From positions 19,264,001 to 19,328,000 of the forward strand of contig CP068257.2 in NCBI GenBank assembly GCA_009914755.4: a stretch of 64,000 nucleotides of DNA, read 5' to 3'. Numbering within the stretch: position 1 is the first letter of the stretch; every line of letters starts with the position of its first letter. Of this stretch, positions 1 through 13,235 are shown in pieces. The position numbers and the translations under genes were made by a program. The notes beneath the pieces are model-generated. The model saw only the letters and a list, made by a program, of their open reading frames with translations, made no database searches and was not told the origin of the DNA. Origin of the DNA: the human T2T-CHM13v2.0 reference genome, Homo sapiens.

Positions 1-147
1 CAAGATAAAGAAATAATATTTTCATTGATATTTTAAGCATACCTCACTCTTCATTTTCACTTTAGAGGGGAAAAAAACAAAGCAATCAACCTATAAACAT
101 AAGTAGAATGATTTTCAAAGTACTTGATTCTTTAAAAATGAACTTTA

Positions 148-454
<307 letters not shown>

Positions 455-2934
455 TTAAGTTTTTTTATAATCTACTTTTACTAGTTGAATAATCTAAGCC
501 CCTTTGTATGTGGTTGAAATGGCTATTTCTTATTAGTCATTTTTTTTTTCCACTAATAAACAATGTGTACAAATAGTGTGAAATTCATAGTCGTCTTTCC
601 TACTCTAACCTTCATTTCCCGGTGCAAATATGTTTGCTTTGGAGTTTTCTGAAATTTGATTCAGAATGAATTTATCTTGAATGACAGAAAATAGGGATAT
701 GTTAAATAAAGGCTAATCACAAGGAGACTCAAAAATAGAAAATATATTTATAAAAGATGTATGTAATTCAACCTTTCCTGAAAATATATCTAAGCACATT
801 TCTAGGTCACACAATAAATAGAATTGAATCCTTCCAAATGACCACTTAATTTTTCCCTTACTCTTCAAGAATAATACTGTGATTGCTTCACCCTTTGAAG
901 GTAAACTCGATGATAAACATAAAAGATTCAGGAATCTGAGCAAGTAGGCAGCATAAAAAAATCAGTAAAAATGGTTATTCTTCATTTTTATGCAGCTGTT
1001 TGATTTTTTTCTTTTGTTCAAATGATGGTATTGTAAAGTAGATAGAGCCTGAGATGACATGATTGTACGAATATGTGTGAGAAGTAAACAGATATTCAGC
1101 TCTGAAGACAATGCTGCCTTTCTTACCCATTTTGGCATGTAAAAGAGAACATTTTGACCTAGTACAGTCTGCAATATGACAATGAAAATGAAAGTAATAC
1201 TTGAGTTAACATGCTAAGGCACAACTCCAGGACACATCGTTTTCAAAGTCACTCTTTTTAAATTTAATATAAAGAATAAACACATTCATAGTACTGGGAA
1301 AACTTGTTATTATATCAAAAAATAAAATCTCTACTTTATTTGTCTAATGTGATTTGTCCAGATAGATTTATAGATCATTGCATAAAAATTCACCAAGCTC
1401 CTTTGGGAAATACAAATGAAAATTCAACCTGAAAATCTGATATATTTGTTTTAGAGTTGTGGCAAAGCAGTGGTTTTCAACTAAAGGTGATTTTTTTTTT
1501 CCCTCCAGGGGACATTTTGCAATGCCTGGAAATATTTTTGTTTTTCACAACTGGGAAGGTGTAACTGTCATCTAGTGGGTAGCAGCCTAGGATGCTGGTC
1601 AACATCCTAAAATGTACAAAGCCCTCTTATAATTATTCAGCCCAAGATGTCAATCATGCTGAGACTGAGCAGCCCTTTCAGAAATAAGTGTTGTTTTGTG
1701 GAATGTGAAGATGTGTCTCTCCTTGAAAACTCTGTTGTCATTGTGCTCAGATGTCTCTATAATCTCTAAGTCAAAATTGTACCTCTATCAAATCTCTATG
1801 GATCTGTGTTGAGAAAATAATTATATGGCTCTTTGCTCTGCCACCAGATTATGATTTATGGGTAAGATTAAAAAATTCTGAACTACTGCTGCCAGCCAGA
1901 TGTTAAAAAAAGTTTATTTGTAAAGAGTCCACTGTTGATGATTACTTGGGTAGGATGGGTATAATGTAAGAGGGAGAAGAAAAAAAGTAATCAAAACAGT
2001 AAATTTGAGAGGTATATCCTAATATTTTGAAATGAATGACAGTGACAGCAAGCATGCCCAGCAACAGTACCCTGTTAGGAAACACTGTGAAGCTGAAATA
2101 AGTCCATAGAGCCAGAATCTAACCTCATAAGCTCTGATGTTCTAAGAAATAAAAAGATTAAAATCCACTGGCTAATATCGATAGGCTGGGGGATGCTGAG
2201 GGAAGAAATAGATCATTATTTCTCACTATCAGTATTCTAACCACTGTCAATGGAGCACTTGTGCAAATGATGCCAAAGGACAAGCTCCAAGGTCTGTATG
2301 AGGTGTTTTCCCCTTGATGGATAAGAGGAGATAATGAAACAAGTGTCCATGTGTATGTTAGGTATTTTTTACATTATTCTTCTGGGTTTTCTTTTTAAAA
2401 TAAAGAGAAATTTTACATCAGTGCTTTTAGTTTTCAACATGTTTTAGATCTGTTTTAAAAAATCAAAAAATAATATAAATGGTAATGTTGACCCAATTAG
2501 CAGAATGCTTTAAATTAAAGTTGTCTTTCTAAATAATACTATTTACTGTGGAATCAAAAATAATCTATCATTCAGCCTTCTGACTGGGTCTTTATAAAAT
2601 TAACTCCTTGTAAGTTAGCCTCCTACTACTGATAGGGCATCGAGGAGCAATTCATGCCCAACTCGTGTATGACCTATGCAGTCCCATGGGACTCTGTACT
2701 CAGTTTAATATTATGCTGACATTGTCTTGAAATTATTAATGATATTTGAAGAAAGAGCCCTGCATTTTTATTTTCCACTAGGCCCTATACATTTATATAG
2801 CCAGTCCTATGGGAAATATTTGGGAGAAAGGACAGTGAAGAGCTGTCTTTGCTCTCATGAACACATCCTGGTAGAAAAGTAACCATAAGGAAGGGTCTGA
2901 GTCCTGGTCCTAGCAGATGGGGGCCACTGTAGTC

Positions 2935-3271
2935 AACGTGACATCCATCCCATTAAACAAGATTCTTTACATGAAGCCATTAAAAAAATGAAACCAAGTC
3001 CTTTGCAGCAACATGGTTGGAGCTGGAGGCTGTTATTCTAAGTGAAATAACTCAGAAACAGAAAATCAAATATCACATATTCTCACTTATAAGTGGGAGC
3101 TAAACAATGGCACACATGAAAGTAAAGACGGAAATAATAAACACTCAGGGCTTCACAAGGCAGGAGAGTGGGAGGGAGGTGAGGGTTAAAAAATTACCCA
3201 TTGGATACTATATTCAATACTGGGGTGATGAATACACTAAATGCCCAATCCCCACCATTACACTACATACC
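2935..3271 (+). mobile_element. L1 (older L1P/L1M-type) ORF2 C-terminus and 3' UTR, part 1; interrupted by an LTR insertion
   Basis: Reads ...GCCATTAAAAAAATGAAACCAAGTCCTTTGCAGCAACATGGTTGGAGCTGGAGG...CTCACTTATAAGTGGGAGCTAAACAATG..., which is homologous to the L1 3' region (ATGCAGCCATAAAAAAGGATGAG...TTCTCACTCATAGGTGGGAATTGAACAATGAG). The L1 homology resumes at 3894. Confidence 0.6.
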
Positions 3272-3888
3272 TGTGATGGTTAATACTGAGTGTCAACTTG
3301 ATTGCATTGAAGGATGAAAAGTATTGATCCTGGGTATGTCTGTGAGGGTGTTGCCAAAGGAAATTAACACCTAAGTCAGTGGACTGGAAGAGGCAGACCC
3401 ACCTTCATTCTGGGTGGGTACCATCTAGCCAGCTGCCAGTGAGGCTAGAATATAAAGCAGGAAGAAAAATGTGAAAAGACAAGGCTGGCCTAGCCACCCA
3501 GCCTACATCTTTCTCCCGTGCTGGATGCTTCCTGCCCTCGAACATCAGAGCCCAGGTTCTTTAGTTTTGGTGCTGGGACTGGCTGTCCTTGCTCCTCAGC
3601 TTGCAGACGGCATACTGGGACCTTGTGATCACGTGAGATAATACTCACATGCACACACACGCACACACATACACATTACCTACTCTGTGTGTGTGTGTGT
3701 ATATATATACACTACATACTTATATATATTAGCTATACAATTATTTATATTTATTATGTATAATTATATATTTATATATAATTATTTTATATAATTATTA
3801 TTACTTATATATAATTAAACACATAATTTTATATATATATATATATATATAATTATTTCTGTCCCTCTAGAGAACCCTGACTAATACA
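3272..3888 (+). mobile_element. solo LTR, ERVL-MaLR-like (family not assignable by eye), inserted into the L1 3' end
   Basis: Begins TGTGATGG and ends ...CTAGAGAACCCTGACTAATACA, resembling MaLR/THE1-type LTR termini (...GGACTAATACAG). It is flanked by a 5 bp direct repeat ATACC at 3267-3271 and 3889-3893, consistent with a 5 bp ERVL TSD. The interrupted L1 continues on the far side. Confidence 0.5.
3648..3863. repeat. compound microsatellite (CA)n-(TG)n-(TA)n with AT-rich low complexity, embedded in the LTR
   Basis: ACATGCACACACACGCACACACATACAC...TGTGTGTGTGTGTATATATATAC...TATATATATATATATATATAATTATTT. Confidence 0.9.
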
Positions 3889-3893
3889 ATACC

Positions 3894-3955
3894 CATGGAA
3901 CAAACATGCCCATATATCCCCTGAATCTACAAACAACAATAACAATAACAAAACA
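3894..3955 (+). mobile_element. L1 3' terminus, part 2 (continuation after the LTR), with A-rich tail
   Basis: TACCCATGGAACAAACATGCCCATATATCCCCTGAATCTACAAACAACAATAACAATAACAAAAC matches the terminal L1 3' UTR motif (...CCATGTAACAAAACTGCACTTGTACCCCCTAAATCTATAAAAATAAAA). Confidence 0.5.
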
Positions 3956-4658
3956 CATGGTGCTTAATATGGGCACTATTGATAATTTAGTTGCCTTGTT
4001 GCGGGGGCTTTCCTGAACACTGTAGAATGTCCAGAAACATTCCTGACCTCCTTCCACCTCACACAAGTAACAACAGCCTCCTCTCCTCCTCTATCCCCAG
4101 TGAATTTGTGGGTCAGGTTTGGAACCAGACCCACTTACTGGATGTATGATCATACATACTGGATGGACCTGAAGTGGTAAACACCACTGCAGTGTACTAA
4201 ATAGTTCCAAACAAGACTGGAGAGTAGTTGAATTTTAAGTAGCACCTATCTGTCGCCAGAAGATACATACATAGCTATAGGAGATGTGATGAGAATATTA
4301 TAATTCTAGAAATAAGATTTGAGCTAGCTATTTCTTGCTTTTAATTTAATGGAAATTTGCTTTTGTTGCATCCTCAAGTCTTCTAAGCAATCAAAATGTG
4401 CGTCTACTAAGTAAAAGATATTTCGACCCTTGCAATTGGGTTTTGTTAGAAGGGTAAATATGGCTATAGAAATAAAACAATTTATATCAGCATAAAGAGG
4501 TATATATTTGAGGTATCAAATGAGTGGTAAGAGTGATGAATTCTAGAAAAGTTTAGAGATTTAGAAACTAGAGTGTCGTCAGTTCTTCCAGTCTACCTGC
4601 ACCCCCACCCCCAAACTTCCAAGAAATGTTTGAGTCTTATGGAAAAAAAGTTATTTGA

Positions 4659-4973
4659 GGCCGGCCATGGTGGCTCACGCCTGTAATCCTAGCACTTTAG
4701 GAGGCCAAAGTGGGCGGATCACCTGAGGTCAGGAGCTCGAAACCAGCCTGGCCAACATAGTGCAACCGCGTCTTTAATAAAATACAAAAATTAGCCGCTA
4801 GGCATGGTGGCGAGTGACTATAATCCCAGTTACTTGGAGGCTGAGGCAGGATAATCGCTTAAACCCGGGAGGCAGAGGTTGCAGTGAGTTGAGGTCCCAC
4901 CACAGCATGCCAGCCCGGCGACAGAGTAAGTCTCCGTCTAAAAAAACAGAAAAAAAAAAAAAAAAGAAAAAAA
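4659..4973 (+). mobile_element. Alu SINE (AluS-type), full length
   Basis: Starts GGCCGGCCATGGTGGCTCACGCCTGTAATCC and ends ...GTCTCCGTCTAAAAAAACAGAAAAAAAAAAAAAAAAGAAAAAAAG. Confidence 0.9.
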
Positions 4974-6800
4974 GGCAGTTGAGTATGGTAATAGTTCTTG
5001 AAGTTCTGCAGTCAAAGCAATATTTGTTTTTATTGAGGGTTATATAAGCATGTGTTGGGGGCCATGTGGGTTTGCATATATTTGTATGTGAAAGAAAGAG
5101 AGGGAGGAAGTAGATTAATGTCTTTCACACATGTCCAACAGAATCTAAGAAACAATGCTATGTTTCATGATTTTGATATACATTGTGGACATATTGAATA
5201 TTTTTCTTTTGCCCATTCATTTATTCACTAATGAATTTTTTCATTTATAATTTAATTGTCTGTTGTGTGTCAGGTATGGTTCTAGGCTTACAATAATAAT
5301 GGCCAAAAATGTACTGACACTTTTGGAATGTTCCATATGCCTTTTAGATTAAATTGGTGTGTAGCAGAAGTAGCATTTGATTAGCATACCCAGAAAGAGT
5401 CAAATTCAGTTCAATTTATGGCAGAAGAAATATTTAATACATGCCATTTATTTTGTCATTTTTATGTTAATTGTGTCATAAGACATAAGTTAATGCATTC
5501 TATATTCATTAATACTGCAATTCCTAATTATTCACTCTTATTCCCAGAAAAAGAAAAAATAATTTTTCCAATGGAATCTACTTCACAGCAAGTCAGGTGT
5601 TTACACTGAAATGCAGCATCTGTTCATTTTTCTGAAAGAAAGTTACAGATAAATTTTCCCTAGTTTCAGACATCCATGTACATTTCTCTTGAGCAATATT
5701 TTGATTGTTATTTTGTATACATTGTACATACATTGTATCCCTGCTGTGTATGATGCACATTATGATTCAGTAAATAAAGTTCGCTGAAAAAGCTCTTCTG
5801 AAAATACAAATACTGTCCGTACAATTTTTTGTTTCATACAAGTCTATATATCACATTCTAGGATTTCCTATACCTTGAACCATAAATTAACAACATATGG
5901 AAGAATCTATGCGGAGGGGCAATGTTGGGGCTATTTTACACACAAAACTGGTTTTCGGCTAATGATATCCAGAACCCAGAAATCACACCTCAGTTTATCC
6001 TGGGCCTGGGTTGAAGAGAGAGTACTATTAGCTTACTTACAAAAGTTTCTAAACATTGTTGAAATAACAATGTAAAATCATCTAAAAACAAATAAATCTG
6101 TATCTTTTAAATATAATTTAAAAATATTTCTGCTTAATTTTTTTAATCTAGACAATGCATCAAGAATATTTATTATATTTCTGCAAATAGTTGGTACAAT
6201 AGTGATTCCACATAGTCCAATAATACTTTAGAGGTACCATAGAGGCAACGCTAGAATACCTGTGGAAAATACAATGGCTAGTTCTGCATGCTACATCTCC
6301 AGCTTTTAATTGGCTCAATCTGAATATTACAAGCACACACATACACCTACATGCACACACTAATATCTAGTGTTTTAAGTAAAAATTAATATGAAAAATA
6401 GTACAATGATCATAAAGGTTTGAATAAATATTACAATATAATTTCAAATTAATTTGGAAATATCATTTTATGAATATTTTAATGACAAAATAATCAGAAT
6501 CATTGGAGTTGTAGTTGACATTCTAGCTTATGTTATAATAAAGCTGCTGGGAATCTGAAAGCTGAGTTCTTCCCTATGTTTAGGATTATACTTTGAGTGG
6601 ATTTGGTAAACACTAAGCAGTTGTGTGTGTGTGCAAGTGCATCCACGAGTGCAAAAATGACAATCATGAGTAATTTTTTCAAGTAGCGAACGTGAAAAAA
6701 TTACCAATCAAAAATTAGTGTTGTAACCAAAATCGTGTGAGAAAGAAAAGCCTTACCCTTGACGTCTTTTATTTCGAAAGTTTAAAAAAGGAAAATAAGG

Positions 6801-7242
<442 letters not shown>

Positions 7243-8621
7243 CTATAAGTTATTGAACTCATCTGGTGTCTGATTTTGTGTTCGGTATTCTGAAAACCTC
7301 ATTGTTTGAATCTTTTTAACAGTCCTGTGAAGCTGACACTTATCTCCGTTTCACTAAGAAACGAAGACATAAAGATATAATGGAAGTGCCCAAGGTTAAA
7401 GAGACAGTAAATACTAGATGTGGGGTTGGAATAAGTTCTACCAGACTACCTACTCTTTATAAATAAATTATAATGTTTATAATATACAAATATAATGAAG
7501 ATTCTTTCGGGAGGTCAATGAAATAAAATTGTTTCTGGATAGATTTTAAACAAAAAGTGTTCCTGCTGCTCCCAACCACCTTATATATGTTTTATATCTT
7601 CTGCGCCTTTAGAATTAAAGAAATATTTAGGCACTCCTGAAGAATCGAAAGGAGAAAATTATGGAAAAAAAATATGAGAGAGGGTTGAATAGCAAGCAGT
7701 AGATTGTCGAGAGGTCTTGGTTGCAAAGATTTGTAGACTTAGCGTAGGTAAATGTATTTTAGAGAATGAGAAAATTAGAAGTAGCTGATTCCCCTCTGCT
7801 CAGTGCAGCTGGGGAATTGGAGCTTTTGCCCACATTGGCAACTGAGCAGATAGGTTGGAGGAAAGATTCCAAAAATACCACTGCCTAACTAAACCAATTG
7901 CAAGAGACTGCGGTACTTCTGAACATGGTACCTCTGTTATTCCCACCAGCTAATTCTGCGCCTTACTGAGAAGGCAGAAAGAATAACATAACCAATAAAA
8001 ATATTACTGGTAAAAAAATATAGTATCTAAGTTGGAAGAAAGTGGTCCTGTGTTCTTTGAGATGAATGTAATTATATAAAGTAATTTTATAACTGTTAAT
8101 TATATATTTTAAAATAAGCAAGGAACCAGCAAACTGGTAGAAGGGGGAAGAGTGTATAAAACAATTAGGATGAAAAAACTCAGCCAATTAAACACATACA
8201 AGAAAAGAAGTGAGCAAAAATGAGACTGAAAAAGTGGGACAAAGAAGAACATAAAATAAGATGTTCAAAATTATCCATATAGATAAGAATTCACAATATA
8301 TTACATGAAATAAAATTTCTTACTAACAGACTAATAAGGTGAGGTTGAATAGAGAAAGAAAATCCAGCTGTATGCTGTGTATAAAGATATACTGACAATA
8401 TAAGGAAAGAGAAACGCTGAAAGGTAAAGGATAAAAAAAATGCATGCTAGAGAAATGATAACAAAGGAAAGCTGGTTTAGCTTCAGTAATATAAAAAGAA
8501 ATGACTTTCATAAGCGGAAATTATTATTAAAAATAATACTATCATATTAAATTCACAGCAATGAGATAAAGATTCAAAAATTATCTGCAAAGGATCACAT
8601 AGCTCCAAAACACATGGATAA

Positions 8622-9011
<390 letters not shown>

Positions 9012-9500
9012 TAAAGGCACATATAATAAAACCAACACAATAAAAATTAGAAATTATCTGGTGAATAAATGTAGACTATGACATCAAACGATTTGATAGT
9101 ACATATTTTTCTCCAGCACAATTACAATATTTGTTTTTAAAGACTATATGTTAAGAGTTTTAAAAGGAGACTTTACAATAGAAACAAAAATACAAAAAGT
9201 ACACCCTCATTAAAAGAGGATTTAAGTCAATGGTTAGATGTACCAAATTCTACACTAAGAAATATAAACTCAATTCAAGTTTGTTAGAAATTTTACTTGG
9301 TTCATAATAGTATATGGTAAGTTAATTCTAAAATGTTTATGAAACAACTACAATAAAAGACCATGAATACACCAAGTACTTTTGAAGGAGTAGAAATAAA
9401 ATGGTTGGCTTGCTTTAAAATATTTTGGTTTATTGTGGAAACAGAGGTCGGATTTCTTAGACGACAATTAAAAACTCATATATATAATCTAGGGTTTAAC

Positions 9501-9600
9501 TTTTTCCTGTTTTCTTTTCCTTTTCCTTTTTCTTTCTTCTTTCTTTCTTTCTTTCTTGCTTGCTTGCTTGCTTTCTTGCTTTCTTTCTTTCTTTCTTTCT
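9501..9600. repeat. (CTTT)n/(CTTG)n microsatellite derived from the poly-A tail of the adjacent minus-strand Alu
   Basis: CTTTTCCTTTTCCTTTTTCTTTCTTCTTTCTTTCTTTCTTTCTTGCTTGCTTGCTTGCTTTCTTGCTTTCTTTCTTTC...TTTTTTTT. It lies inside the same TSD pair as the Alu (TAGGGTTTAACTTT at 9491-9504 and 9898-9911). Confidence 0.85.
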
Positions 9601-9904
<304 letters not shown>

Positions 9905-10746
9905 TAACTTTCTTATCAACACAGGAAACATAGAAGCTATAAAAGAAAAAAAGCATGCTTAGGTGTATAAAATTTAAAACTTTTGTAAGACAAAAGATAT
10001 GACAATGAAAGCTAGGATATACAAATAAATAGAAACAATATTTGAAACTTAGGGATCAGATAAAAGATTAATGTGTTTACTGTATAAAAAGCATATGCAA
10101 TTAAATCCAACCCAGAATACAAATGGGTAAATTATATGAAAAAATCACAAATAGCAAAACCATATAGCCAGTTAATAAATGATGTCGAATGGTGGCTCAA
10201 TCTTCTTGATGGTTAAGGAAATAAAAACCAAATTCACAGTAAAATATCAGTATGCTTCCAGCTTACTACCAAAAAAGAAATAATTCAATAACATTTACAT
10301 TTGGCAGAGATGGTGAGGGGCTGAGGACTATTTGAGATAGCTAAAAAAAGAGAGTTTAAAAAAATTAAATTTTTACGTAGGCATTTAAAAAATTATGTAA
10401 GTGTATCACACAAATGATTTTGCATCAAATAACATAGCATCTGCATCCATAACAACTCCATGGGACAAGGAAAAATAAAACCTGAGGGAATGGAAAAAGA
10501 AAACTTTAACCTTCACTATTCTATGACAAAACCAATGAGATAAAAATAGATATAAAAACAGCGAATCAGATCCAATTATAATATATTGTATTATACTTAT
10601 TGAAAATAGAGATTAGACAGTCTTTTCAAATGTACATGAAACATTTAAACAGTGATTATATATTTTCCTTTAAAAATCAATATATTTCAAAAAGAAAAAA
10701 TAGTACATAAAGCATTCTTTAATCTCAGTGGAATAAAACTGGACAT

Positions 10747-11156
10747 TGTATTAGTCCATTCTTGCACTGCTATAAAGATATCCCTGAGATTGGGTAATTT
10801 ATTAGGAAAAGAGGTTTAACTGGCTCCCAGTTCTACGGGTTGTACAGGAAGCATGATGCTGGCATCTGCTCGGATTCTGAGGAGGTCTCAAGAAACTTAC
10901 AGTCATGGCAGAAGGCACAGGGGAAGCAGGCTTGTCTTACATGGCTGAAGCAGCAGTAAGAGCAAGAGAGGGCGTTGGTGCCACGTACTTCTAAAGGACC
11001 AAATCTCACAAAAACTCACTCACTATCACCAGAACAGCACTAAGGGGGAAATTCACCCCGATGATCCAATCACCTTCCATCAGGCCCCACCTCCAATACT
11101 GGGGATTTATGATTTGACATGAGATTTTGGTGAGGACACAGATCCAAACTGTATCA
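10747..11156 (-). mobile_element. solo LTR, ERVL-MaLR (THE1/MST-like)
   Basis: The left end TGTATTAGTCC is the reverse complement of the ...GGACTAATACA LTR 3' end. The right end is CATGAGATTTTGGTGAGGACACAGATCCAAACTGTATCA. The reverse complement of the right end gives TGATACAGTTTGGATCTGTGTCCTCACCAAAATCTCATG, the canonical THE1/MST LTR start. It also carries the typical ...ATGATCCAATCACCTTCCATCAGGCCCCACCTCCAATACTGGGGAT motif. A 5 bp TSD GACAT lies at 10742-10746 and 11157-11161. Confidence 0.75.
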
Positions 11157-11199
11157 GACATGGATAACAAATCAGAAATACAAAAGCCCACCACACATG

Positions 11200-12630
11200 A
11201 AAATTGTTTGAAAATTCTTTTTCAAGTATCTTAAGTCAAAAGAAAATAAAAACTGAAATTTCATCTGGGATACGATAAAAGTAATTATCACAGGGACAAT
11301 TGATATTTACAAAAGGTTATATTAAATTAAAAATAAAAATTAACATATAACTCGAAAGCTTAGGAAAAATACAAAATGAAGGTGGAAGAAAAAATAGAAA
11401 TTAATAGATCAGCATCAAAATAGTGTTACATTTAGTACCTTAATTTTAAAGCCAGTTATTTAAGTAAAACACTAGAATAATTAAACAGCCATAATAATCA
11501 GAAATAAGAAAGAACATATAACGCAAATACACAATTATTATGAGAAAGTAACCACTTATATTTTAGATGTTTAAAGAAGCTTAGCAACAACTTTGCTGAA
11601 AACTACAAAAACAAATTGATATCCTGAATGAAACAGACAATTTTGTATGAACATATATTCCTCTAAGAACTTCTAGTAAAATAAAAATAATAACTATTTA
11701 AACCATTCATTAAAAAAGAGAATTTTTTCAATTCCACAAAACCCTCAAGGTGCAGATAGTATTCACATTTTGAGATAATATTGACATTTTAAGAAACATA
11801 AATTTCTACAGCTATTCAAACCATTTCGGAAAAGAAAAAGAAAGAATTTTTCATTTTTTTCTGAAGCTTGCATAGCATAGATGCCCAAATTCTTCAAGTT
11901 GTAAAAAAATAGAAAACAATAAACCAATTAATTAATATGTCAGAAAAATGCCAGGCATTGACAAATATAAACCAGAAGCATATTAAAACAATAATGACAA
12001 GGAACAATTTTTTTCTCCTCACCAATGCAAAATAGATTAATATTTGGCTAAGAAAATATACAAAATTTACATATCTGTCTATCCCATTTTAATAAAAATT
12101 TAACATCCATTCATAACAAAATAAAATCAATCAAATATGAATAAATAGTTCTGTAATGAAATTAAATTATTAGAAAATATGATAATGTGTATGAACAGAC
12201 AGGTAAATGGGTGAAAATGGTACATCCAGAAATGTACCTAAATAGCTATAGGAATTTAGTATATGGTAAAGGTCAGGAAGTAGATTGTTATAAATGGAGG
12301 ATAGTTTTCTGGAAAAACAAATAAACTCGAATTCCCTATCCATTCCAAATGGAAGAAAACTTGAAAGGTAGAAAATAGAGTCATAAAAGTGACAGAAGAA
12401 ATCATGAGGATTGCTTCGTAATCTCATAGTGGATGAGACTTTCTTAACTATAACCAAATGGTGCAAAGCTAAAAATGACACGTTTGCCTACATGCAAATC
12501 AAACCGTTTATGACCTTACAAAAATCAAAATATTCTACATGAGAACACAAGTCATCAAAAGCAAGGACAATTTGTAAAATGATAAAATTATTTGTAACAC
12601 ATAACTGAGACAATTATGTAATTATAAAAA
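11200..12630 (+). mobile_element. eroded ancient L1 (L1M-type) ORF2-derived remnants; low confidence
   Basis: A-rich sequence with scattered weak matches to L1M ORF2. For example, ...GCTGAAAACTACAAAAACAAATTGATATCCTGAATGAAACAGACAA resembles CTGAAAACTATAAGACATTGATGAAAGAAATTGAAGAAGACACAAATAAATGG. Too diverged to delimit by eye. Confidence 0.25.
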
Positions 12631-12637
12631 CCTCCTT

Positions 12638-13059
<422 letters not shown>

Positions 13060-13235
13060 TCAACCTCCTAATAACAAATAAATAAATGGAAAAAAACTGG
13101 TATGATTTTCCACCTATCAGATAGACAGAAACACCAGTGTTGGGTATTACTACGTTGACAGTATGTAGTAGAAGATGCACTCTCATATACTGGTGATGGA
13201 ATTGCAAAACGCTGCAAACACTTCAAAGGCAAAAC

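Noticed and set aside
3288-3650. Tried to name the LTR at 3272-3888 (and the block at 25740-26410) as a specific family, with MST, MLT1 and LTR12 considered.
   Set aside because: I recognise the general MaLR-like termini and 5 bp TSD for the first. I cannot reliably recall a matching consensus for either, so the family names are left open rather than guessed.
9497-9600. Regularly spaced short repeats (CTTT/CTTG units) and the (GAAAA)n at 17203-17248, considered as possible CRISPR-like arrays.
   Set aside because: These are pure microsatellites with 4-5 nt units and no spacers, inside eukaryotic SINE tails. They are not CRISPR arrays.
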